Part shown: one piece after another, positions 1 to 10,499 of the stretch
Layout of the letters: each line of letters begins with the position of its first letter
How positions within the stretch are numbered: position 1 is the stretch's first letter
Assembly: GCF_000002865.3 (NCBI RefSeq)
Contig: NW_001865062.1
Coordinates: 537,314-601,313, forward strand
From: Monosiga brevicollis MX1
Taxonomy: Eukaryota
DNA length: 64,000 nt
Direction of reading: 5' to 3'
Notes under the pieces: generated by a model
The model's database searches: none
The model's input: only the letters and a program-made list of their open reading frames with translations
Told to the model about the DNA's origin: nothing
Made by a program: the position numbers and the translations under genes

Positions 1-3000
1 TTGATACTCAACGGGCCCAACCCAATGACGGTGGGCTATGGTTCGTCGGTGTCTGACCCGGGAGCCAAGCTGTACGTGGATCAGGAGGCCATGGATTCGG
101 TTCAGCTTGGCAGCAACTTTTCGACGCAACTGGCAGTGGGGACGCATGTTGTGACGTACTGGCTGGAGGATGACTGGTCAGGCCTTGATCCGCCTTCCCA
201 GGTGTCGCGACGCTTGCACGTGGTAGATGACACGCCACCGGTGAGTGTAGAGCCTGCTGTGGGTGGCTACTCTGGACCAGGCTGCGGGTGGCGGGCGGAT
301 AGGGGGAAGGGAAAGGAGTTGGCGGGTGGCGGTTTGCCTTTGCCTTTGCCTTTGGCGCGTTGTAGCCCTGTAGACATTGGTGGCATGTTGTAGTGATGGG
401 GGCACGGTTGGTGAATGATACAAAGTCCAGTGTCTAACCGGTGACATGGATGGGCATTGTCGGGTGTGTAGGTGATACAGCTGCTGGGGCCTGCGGTGTG
501 GCGGGGCGAGGTGGGAACACCGTACGTGGAGCCGGGGTGGAATGTAACGGACGACGTGGACCGGAATGTTTCTGTGACGGTGGTGGATCACAGCTTCAAC
601 GCGGCCACGCCGCTGGTGGTGGGCTCTGTGGTGTATGTGGCACGCGACTCGGCGAACAATACGGCCACCGTGACGCGGCAAATTGTGTGGGAGGATACGC
701 GGGCACCAACGATCACGATGCAGGGAACCAACCCAATGTTTGTGCAGATGCTGACCGACTTTGTGGACCCGGGTGCCACGGTGACGGATGCGGGAGACCC
801 GAGCCTTGGGCCGGCACTGGAGGCCTCGAGCAACAATGTGAGTACGGATGAGGCCGGGGTGTATGCCGTGTGCTACCGCGCGCTGGATGAGCGGCAGAAC
901 GAGGCGGTGGTGTGCCGGCGCGTGGTGGTGGGAGATCGCGTGGCCCCCAAGTTCTTGAACCTGCAGGCGGTGTATGAGGTGGAGGCGGGGCTGTCGCTGG
1001 CCGCGTTTCCGTTGGACACTGTGGAGCCGTGGGATGCGGTGGACGGGGTGTTGGATTGGGAGACAATTTCGAGCAACTACTCGGATCTGAATCCGCGAGC
1101 AGTGGGCATGCATGCGGTGACGCTGCGCGTGAGCGATGCGAGCGGCAACGTGAATGTGACGGTGGTGCGGGTGGCGCTGCGGGATAGTCGAGCGCCCAAC
1201 CTGACGCTGCACTATGTCGAGCCGTGGGACTTTGAGCGAGGGCCAGGCTGGCAGGACCCGATGAATGTGAGCGCCGTGGATGCGGTGGCGGGTGACGTGC
1301 GGTCCAGCGTGAAGCGACGAGCGGTGGTGATGACGACGGGCGTGCCGGCATCGATTTGTGAGGGCGCGAACCAGTACTACGCGGCCATGACAGGGCAGGA
1401 GGGGAGCAGCGACAATGGCCTGACAGGGCTGGTGAGCGCGAGCGATATGCCGGAGCCTGGACCGGTAGCCGCTGTCAATGGATGGGCAGTGGCGGGCACG
1501 GAATACCGGCTGGAGTATTCCGCGAACGATGGCAACGGTAACGTGGCGCATGAGGCAGCGCACATGCGGATTGTGGACACGCGGGCGCCGCGACTGGAGG
1601 TGGACGATCTGGTTGTGGCCGAGTATGGGGTGGGGTCGATGTTTGTGGACCTTGTGCACCCAGAGCCGGTGGATGAACCGAATCAGGACCTGCGGGGTCG
1701 GCTGTGCGCTGTGGCGTGGCGTTACGAGTTGACGGCGGGGCTGGGGGAGCGCGTGAGCGGCAATGACGCAGGGGTACTGGTACCCGTGTATGCAGAGGCG
1801 CGATGGCGGGAGTATGCGCGAGACCCATCGGCATGGGAGTCGATGGCAGTGCCGTTGGCGGAGCTGACGCTGGATGCGATGGTGGGCACGCTGTACCGAG
1901 TATCGTTTGAGGTGTTGGACGTGGGAGGGTTGAGCGCCAACGGCACGACGTGGGTGCTGGTGGACGACCGCACGGCGCCGGAGCTGACGGTTGAGGGCGG
2001 TGTGGGACGGCGGACCTACGAGTTTGGTCGGCAGGTGGCCGTTCCCAGGGTCACGGCAATGGACGCGCACGACGGCAACTTGACGGCGCACGTGGCAGTT
2101 GAGGGAGCGGCGGAGGTGTCGGGGGAGCGTGCGGGCAACTACACGGTGAGCTATGTCTGTCGGGACCGGTTCAACAACGTGGCTCGGGAGGAGGTGGAGA
2201 TTGAGGTGCAGCGCTTTGAGGCCCCGCCGCGTGAAAATGTGTTTGTGGCGCCGCTGGCGCGCATGCCTGTGGATGTGGCGAGCCAGGAGCGATCGCTGCG
2301 GACGCACCTGCGGCAACCGCATGTGTTTGTTGTCTCGGTCGTACCGGCTGGAACATGGCCGTTGCCGTACAACCAGATGCCGGGAGCACGCACGAGCTTG
2401 GTCAATGAGACGGAGCGGAATGCGGCGGAGACGGAGACCACGGCTGGGCAAGAGCGGCGATCGACGACGAGCAGCTACGTGGTTGGGTTTGCGGTGCGCA
2501 ACAGCACGACGTGGGCGTGGCTATCGGTGGCGGAGATGGAGGCGTGGTTGGCGGGCCTGGAGGCGGTCAACGGGACGGGCTCGTCGTTGTCAGCGGTGGT
2601 TGTGTCGCTGGCAGAGTATGAGAGCATGACGTCGGGGGGTGGAGGAGCGGCGTCGACGCGGCGTGCAGAGACGACGGAGGGGTCGGCATCGTCACGGGCG
2701 GCATCGGAGAGCGGGGGCTCGATGATTACGGTGCTGGTGATTGTGCTTGCGTCGTTGGTTATGATTGGGCTGGTGTTGCTGGTGATTAAGCTGGTGTGGG
2801 TACGGCGTCGACGACGGGCGCGAGTGGCGCGAGTGAAGCAGGATCTGCATTCAAGCCCGCTGGGGTTGATGGACAATCCGCTGTATGGGCAGCCGCTGGC
2901 GGATCCCGACTCGGAGACGTTGCGACCGGGCAGTGGTCGAGGCTCTGGGGTAGGTGGATCGGACAAGGGTGACCCCTCGTACGGCCAGGCCTTGTATTCC

Positions 3001-4845
3001 GCGCTGGACCATTCGGCAGTAGCTTGGGGATATGAGCCTGCGGCTGGCGCGGAGAACCAGTATGATCGCTTGAGTGCGACTGGCAGCATGCATTCGCGGC
3101 GGGCTCAGCAGCAGTCTGGGGTCGACGGTGCGAGTTTGGTGAAGGGCCAGGGCGGTGGTGAGAGCAACGAGGGCGGATCGGTTGCGGGCCATTATGATCA
3201 CCTGAACTCGGGTACATTAGCGTCGCCGTGGGACGGCGAGGTGGCTGCGGGCGCGGGAGTGTCGATGTCAGACAGTCTCACGATGCACGAGAGCAATGGC
3301 CAGTATGACCAGCTGAACAAAGCCGGCTTCGGCTGGGCCCCGTTTGGGTCAGGAGGAGCTGGAGCAGGGGAGCCGGGAGCGACGGGGAACGAGTACGACA
3401 CCCTGGATCTTGGAGCTGTTGGGGGCACTGCGACGGCGGGCACGGACGGAACAGCTGAAGTGGCTGGAATGGACGCGATGATGAATATGGGGGAGACGGC
3501 CGATTACTCGGAGGTGTCTGATGGCCCTCGGCGTCTGGCGGGGATGGATGTGTATGCCAACCCGAACGAATGTACACCTGTGAGCGGGACAGAGGCAGAG
3601 GCATCGATGGTGGAAGATGAGGCAGAGGCATCGACGGCGGAGGCAGAGGCATCGACGGCGGAGGATGAGACATCGATGGTGGAGGATGAGACATCGATGG
3701 CGGAGGCAGAGGACGTGCCTGCTGCAGGGACTGCGGATGAGGCGAGGGAGGCGATGCCTGGTGCCGAGATGGAGAGTGTGGCCAGTGGAGCAAACAATGC
3801 GCTGGTGAACTTTGTTGTGCCGCCTGCGCCTGATGGTGGTGGCAATGACGCTGAGGAGGCGAGGCGGGATGAGTTGGTCAACGATGATCTCCCTGAGGGG
3901 GTCTCGGCATCGGACGAAACGGGTGGCCTTGCGACATTTGAGACACCAAATGTTGCGACATCGCCGGCGGTTGAGCCAAAGCCGGAACCTGCTGCCGGAT
4001 CAGTGCCCTTGGCCTCGGGCTTGGACCAGCCACCTAGCCGGGTGGGATCGGCCAATGAGACGGCTGGTGTGCCCTCATTGGCGGCGGCGGTGGTGGCCTC
4101 GAAGCCTGTTCGCCTGCCTGGCCGCGTTGGGCCCATGGAGCGGGAGGGTGGCAGTCCCAGTGGCACGCCAGGATCGAGCCCGCACAGTACGCTGGAGCGC
4201 CCGGCATCATCGACGGATGCAGGAGCAGGAGCAGGAGCGGGAACGGGGGCGAATGGCGATGCCGCATCGGCGGGAGAGTGGCGAGATGAGGTGACGGGCG
4301 TTTCCTACGAGCTGTCGCGTGACCTGGGGCCACGTGCGCGGCGTCGGCGAAGCCCGGTGCCAGAGGGCTCCGGTGCTCAGCAGCCGGCTGGCCGTGGGCA
4401 AGAGGATGAGAAGAGCGTGGCGCGTGAGGCTGGCGATGGGATGGGGGCGCTGCCTGGATCGGAGCGGGGTGAGCCGGGGCCGGTGGGCCGTCAGCGATCT
4501 GGGACGATTTCGGTGCAGCGGCTGGTTGTGTGTGACTTGAACCGTGTGGCGGCGGAGCAGCAGCTGTTGGGGCTGCATGCGCCGGTAGGGTCGTACCTGA
4601 TTCGACACAAGCCGGTGGCCGGTTGCCGGGAGTCGTATGTGGTGAGCGTGGTGGGAGTGCAGGATCAGCGGATTGTGCATTATCGGCTGCAGCTTCGGGA
4701 GAACCTGCCAGACTTTGTGGCGGAGAACCGTATTCTGGGCGGGTGCCGAGATTTGCAATCGGCGATTGACCGCCTGAAGCGGGGCGTTGAGCTTGGCTTT
4801 GCCATCAACCTGACCCACGCCGTCTCTCCCAACTATGAGTGCTAG
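1..4845 (+). CDS. Single-pass receptor with Ig-like (HYR/DUF5011-type) repeats, a TM helix, a Tyr-motif-rich tail and a C-terminal SH2 domain; 5'-partial
   Basis: Exon 1-240, intron 241-471 (GTGAGT...CTAAC...TAG), then open exon 472-4845. Repeats of the type V.D.T.P.I.L.G...DPGA.A.D..DG....V.Y...D..GN. TM MITVLVIVLASLVMIGLVLLVIKLVWV followed by RRRRRAR (~2722-2823). C-terminal LNRVAAEQQL...GSYLIRHK...SYVVSV...IVHYRL matches the SH2 pattern. Confidence 0.85.
3592..3711 (+). repeat. Coding tandem repeat, ~21-nt unit (E-A/D-E-A/T-S-T/M-A/V)
   Basis: About 5 copies of GAGGCATCGAYGGYGGAG-type units encoding EAEASMV/EAEASTA/EDETSMV. Confidence 0.8.
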
Positions 4846-5780
4846 CCTTCTTCGGAGGTTTCTTCAAAGCCTTTTAATTTCAGTGACACACCGCTTTCCA
4901 TTGCTGACCTGTGAGTTTGAGTCATGTTGGCCAGCTGTCTCTCCTTCCGGAGACTCGGTTCTGGTTCCCATTTGATCGACATGACATGTGTTTTTGCGCC
5001 CCGCAAGTTTCGGGCGGATGTGTGATCGAGATAACTTTTGTAGCAACTTTCAAAGAAGATACTGAATTATAAACCAATTCAGTTCAACTTCATGTAGCTC
5101 AACCTTGACTTGACGTCGGCTGCGTGTCTCTTTCGAGTATCTTCTCGCACCTTCTTTGCACCACCAGATTACGTAATAGCCTCGGTTTGCGTCATGACGC
5201 GAACGTGTGAGCAGTGGGGCGGGCGGGGGTTGAAATGGCAGCGCCGGGGCTGCACCACCGTCGAGCCCCTATGCACCTGCATCAACTTCTTCTCATACTC
5301 ACGTTTGGTCGCACTGGCCCAGCGCGAACTCTCCCTCACCCTGTCCGACCAAGCCACAACAGAGGCAGAGCCAAGGTGCACACACAAAGCACAGCCAGAG
5401 AGGATGACAAGGTATGAAACGCTTAGAGAGAGAAGAGCTGGAAGCAGAAAGAAGCCTCTTGAAATTCTAACCAAAACAAGAGATGAACAACACATAAAAG
5501 ATTTTACAGAGAGAGAACCCAAAGCGAACAAAAACCAGAGAGTGTGAGTGATGTGATTGAGTGAAAGTCAAGATTGCTTCATTTTTTTTTTCGTCTGAAC
5601 GCGTTCAGTGGGAACGACCGGCACAACAAACGCTCTGCGCTGGAGGCCTTTGATACCTTCTAAACACACACACACACGCACACACACGACTCGTCTCCCG
5701 GTTTGCCTGCTGCCCCTTCCCCGTGTACGTGGCAGCCCGTTGTCTCAGGCCCGCTTTCGGCTTAGTCGTACCAGGCAGTC

Positions 5781-7615
5781 ATGGGAAAGGACTATTACAG
5801 TACGTTGAAGCGGCGTGCCTCGTGTGCTGTCTTGTCTGGTCACCGCGGTCCAGTTGGGTCGTGCTTTCCCGGTGCCAAAATGTGCTTTTGTTGCCCCTGA
5901 CCCTGTGCATATGTTCGACCCCTTGACAGAGATTCTCGGCGTCAACCGAGACTGCACTGAAGATGACCTGAAAAAGGCATATCGCAAGAATGCCCTTAAG
6001 GTGAGGTGGAGCCCTGCGAGCGCTCACTTGCTTCACCCAGTGCTTTCGTGTCCGCCAACTGGGCCCCAATCGAGCCAAGCTGGTCGCCCATGTCTTGATG
6101 CAGCGGCATTGGTTAACCAGGCCGCATGCTTTCTGGTGACGTAGTATCATCCAGACCGAAACAAATCCCCCGACGCCAAGGAACGCTTCCAGGAGATTTC
6201 CGAAGCCTACGATGTACGTTGCAGAACACTGGATTGCCCTGTATGGTGCTGAGCGCCACCTGTCTCATATTCATGGTCTACTTTTTGGACATCACCCAGG
6301 TCTTGTCAGACAAGCAGAAGCGCGAAATTTATGATCGATATGGCGAGGAGGGTTTGAAGGGTGGCATGGGCGGCGCCGGCGGTGGCGGCGGCGGCATGGG
6401 CGGTGGAGCGCCTGGTGCCGGCTTCAACTTCCGGTAAGTGCCTTTTGATCGTGCTGATGAAACTGCCTATGAACTGACGTGTGGCAGTAGTTCTCATTTT
6501 GTCTCTTATTTCTGCCTCGGGATAGCCGCGCGGAGGACATCTTTTCCATGTTCTTCGGTGGATCTGACCCCTTTGGCGGCATGGGCGGCATGGGCGGCAT
6601 GGGTGGCATGGGTGGAGGAGGAGGCATGCCCGGTGGATTTGGTGGCATGGGTGGTATGCCAGGCGGTATGGGCGGCATGGGTGGCGGCATGCCCGGTGGT
6701 TTTGGTGGCATGGGAGGAGGCATGCCAGGCGGTCGTCGCAGTACCTCAGGAGCATCCAAGCCTGCACCTAAACCCGAAGTCATTGTAAAGAAGGTGCCAG
6801 TCTCCCTTGAGGACCTCTTCAAGGGCTTCACTAAGCGCCTCAAGATTACGAAGAAGAAGGCCAACGCCCAGGGCGGCGTCTCGACCGTGTCGGATGTTTG
6901 CGAAATCGTGGGCAAGCCTGGTTGGAAGAGCGGTACCAAGTTGACCTTTGCGGGCAAGGTAGATCCACTTGCACGCGTGATCCAGTGCCTCCTCGCATCC
7001 TTGAGTGGCTTGAAAACTCAACCTCGGATTTTCTTCTGCCTCCGTTGCATTGACACAGGGTGACGAACTACCTGGCAAGCCAGCACAAGATATCCAGTTT
7101 GTGATTGAAGAGGCACCTCATCCAGTCTTTACCCGCTTGGTAAGAATTTTGAGTCGGGCCATGTTCTTGGCTGGTCTTCCTTCGTGCCGTAACCATCACG
7201 CTCACCATTGATTCGTTGCGGTTGGATCATCTGTGCTTTGCAAGGGCGACAACTTGAAAATGAACTTGAAAATCAATGTTGTGGACGCATGGTGTGGCTT
7301 TTCCACCAAGGTGACGGGCATTGACAAGGCGTCGCTGCCCGTCTCGTGCACAAAGGTTCCGGACAGCAACGAGATTGTGCTTCCCGGCCAGGTACGAGTC
7401 ATAAGTGTGACTGGATGAAGGGAAGGGGAGGGTTGTTGTGTTGGGCTGTGCTGACAAACGATTGGTGGTTCTTTCTTTCCGAACCTTCGTAGGGTATGCC
7501 CAAGAAGGGAGGTGGTCGCGGTGACTTGATTGTCAACCTGCAAATTGCCTTCCCACCCATTCCTTCAGCCAAGAAGGAGAAAATTCGAGAGGAATTTGGC
7601 CCTGGCTTGCTGTAA
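5781..7615 (+). CDS. Class II Hsp40/DnaJ co-chaperone (DNAJB1/4/5, Sis1-like)
   Basis: Exons 5781-5799, 5930-6000, 6145-6213, 6300-6433, 6526-6958, 7059-7139, 7245-7391, 7493-7615 give MGKDYYKILGV...YHPDRN...YDRYGEEGLK, a G/F- and GGM-rich linker, VSLEDLFKG, KPGWKSGTKLTF, GQGMP...RGDLIV. No CxxCxGxG zinc finger. Confidence 0.93.
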
Positions 7616-7878
7616 ATTCTAGCTCATATGGAAAGTAGTAATTTTGGCCATGGAGTGCCGGATATCTTCGGGTCAATGCTGTGTTGTCAGTTGATGGTGT
7701 TGGCAGCAAAGTGGAACGATAAACAAATTGATGCGAGTCAGGTGGACATTTTTTCTTCCATTTTCACGTATGCAGACGACACACATGACACACATACAAG
7801 AGACGCGGCTCCGGCCTTGCCAGATCACTCAGCCTCGGAATCAAACAAACACGCCGGCTGTCATCACAGATGTCATGT

Positions 7879-8996
7879 CTACTCGTCATCATCGTCGTCC
7901 GAGTCTTCGTCCATCTTGGCCTGAGCAACCAACGGTGCAAGAAGCGTCAACATCATGAGCGATGAACCGAACCTGAGAGGGGTATCCAGACCTTGAACAA
8001 ACCTGAGCATAAGCCTCAGCCTCCTGGAGGATAGCATCAGGTACGTGGCTGTGCTGGCCATTGGTTTCTGCAATGGCGCACGTGACCGAGGTGTAAGCTG
8101 TGAGGGCGCCGGGGAACAGGGCAGATATCTGGGCCGAAGGAAAAGAAAAGGAGACGGCCATCGAACCTGCGCACACCCAGGACATTTCCAACTCAAAGGC
8201 CTTATCTTTGGTCTCATCGTGCGTTGCGTAAATGCTGTGAAAAGAAAAAGCCAAACTTGTGAGCACATCCGCTTCAAAACGACAATCGCCGGGACAAACG
8301 GTGACTGGTCGAGAAGTTAAAAGGCGATGCTTACATGCGGGCAGCCTCCTTAACGAGTTCGCGAACGGGCTTGTCAGATGGCTGCAACAAATGAGTCAAA
8401 TACATGTGAAAAAGAGGCAGAGCAGGCAATCATGAACTTGCAAGACGGACAGCTGCCAGGACTTCAAGTGGCTTTACCTTGAGCTTCTCGATTTCAGCGT
8501 TGGCTGCCGTCTTGTTCTTGCCCAGAGCGGCTCCGTAGTAGCCCTGCACGACAAGCGATCAAGTTTTCAAGAGGAAAAAGGCACCTATCAGCATGGTAGA
8601 TTTGTGACTTAACGGGGTGCAACCCGCACATCGAAGCGAAGGCATACCCAAGACACGCCCGATGGCTCAACCATGTAGAGCGCGGGGCCTTCAAGGGCGT
8701 CGTAGGCGCCCAGGAGGACACTAGAGATTGTGGTCATCCAAGGACAAGCGCGATATGAGTCAAATAATATATTTACGTCAAGCGTCAGGCCAATGAGCAG
8801 CGATACACAGAAGACAATAAAGTCGTGTGTCGGCCACACACCTGCAACCCGCAGGGCGGGCAGCGCCATAAAGTGTGAACTGGTGGATGTAACCAGAGAG
8901 CTCGTCATTGAGCTTCTTCACAGGCACGGGGCTGCCCCAGGTTTGCTTGTACTTGAGGGCCTGGGAGCGCGCTTCTTGCACAATCTGATGGAGAAT

Positions 8997-9083
<87 letters not shown>

Positions 9084-10066
9084 TATGAGTCAAAAAAGAG
9101 ACAGAGGTGCATAACTGCGGGTGGTGCTCAGGCCGAAAATTGTGTAACGTACCGAGCGGCCATCAGCCAGCAGACCCGCAAATGCCTGCGAGGTATTGGA
9201 TGGATGCAAATATGCCCAGGCCCCATGAAGGAGACGAAACAGAGGGAATTGAGTCAAAAGGCCGCGGAAGGTGAGTAGTGACTGCGAGACGTACGGCGCC
9301 AATGTGTCGGTCTACGGAGAAGGTACGACGGATGGTATTCTTCTCATACAACTCTGAGAGGATGGTGTTCTCGCAAGCAAAAACGACGCCATCACTGCCA
9401 CGCAGGGCCAGAACGGTGCTGAAGAGGGCCAAACGGTTGAACAAGGAAGAGTCAGTAAGAACCGGTATGAGAAGAAACGAGCCCAGCAGAGAGCAAGGTT
9501 GGCTTTGGCTAAAGATAGTATAGCATGAAATGTGCAGCTCAAAATGATGGCGCGAGGCCAGCGATGACCCGTGTATAGTTGCTAGTATACTGCCGAACGG
9601 AGCAAGCCGCACGGGCTATGTAGCTCTCACCTGGCATTGTCGACGGCCTTGCCGGCGTATTCGACCTGGAAAACGCGTCCCGCCGGGGAAAACGTCTGCG
9701 CCGATTGATCGTACTGTGTACAAAACGGGGCAGAGCAGGCATGGGAATGAGGCATAATTTCAAATATCATAGAAATAACAGAGGCAAGGGCCACTGAGCC
9801 CTCCGGCCCACGCGAGGCCCCGCCGCGGGCAAGTCACTGCCAGTCAGTGAACATGCAACGTCACTCAGAGAGCTTGCGGCATTCGCAGGAGGCTTCACGA
9901 GCACCTTCCCCAAAAGGGACTGAGCCCTTGCCCCCGCCAGTATCTGCGCCTGCATTGCCTGCTCCATCAAACCCAAATTGCATTCGGGGACTTATCCATC
10001 TCTCCCGTCGACACCGGCTGCCATTTCAGGGCGCCAACGACTCACCCCAGTGCCAATCGCACTCAT
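7879..10066 (-). CDS. PSMA3: 20S proteasome subunit alpha type-3 (alpha7)
   Basis: Spliced [85 protein letters not shown], and an acidic tail [10 protein letters not shown]. Confidence 0.95.
8998..9081. repeat. (CA)n microsatellite in a PSMA3 intron
   Basis: Perfect AC run of about 84 nt. Confidence 0.97.
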
Positions 10067-10499
10067 TCTGTCGGTCAGAGAGAGAGAGAGACAGAGAGAG
10101 AGAACAAAGAAATATATCAGAGATGAAGGGTGAATGCAAACTCTCTTGAGAGATGCTGGGAGAAGTCAATCGGCCTTTAAGAGATACCACTGTTTTCGGA
10201 GTTGAGTATTGAAGAAAAACCAAGGTAAAAGCAGAGTTTAGGATCGCTGCTGTGGTTAAAACAGAGACCGGGTCGAAAAGCATGGCTCACAAAGAGACAA
10301 AGTCAAACGCACCCCAGTGACGGAGCCTGGATGAGACTGGTAGTCTCCTGGGAGACCAAAGAGCTTTCGGATATGTGTTCATTTTGGAGGGGTATTTTAT
10401 AGATGTCAATTGCTGGCTGCCTAAAAATGCGTGCCCCGTCTTCACCTGCCAGATCTTGAGCCGTACTTCTCAGAAGCATGGCCGGCGCATTTGGGCTGA

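Noticed and set aside
178..2451. 757-aa minus-strand ORF and other long antisense ORFs over the first gene
   Set aside because: Shadows of a GC-rich coding exon with biased codons. His/Arg-rich with no motifs.
5080..5345. Possible minus-strand exons VRESSRWASATKREYEKKLMQ|VREDTRKRHAADVKSRLSYMKLN*
   Set aside because: Splice-like signals are present, but I found no start exon or recognisable homology.
6450..6500. CTGATGA plus a hairpin in a DnaJ intron as a hammerhead ribozyme or C/D snoRNA
   Set aside because: No GAAA core after the stem, and the C-to-D spacing is too short for a snoRNA.
9790..9995. RNase MRP/P, TPP or cobalamin riboswitch identity for the PSMA3 intron structure
   Set aside because: Only partial motif look-alikes (AAGTCCCC, GGGCTCAGT, GGGAAGG), without the required order or pairing. 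Left unassigned.
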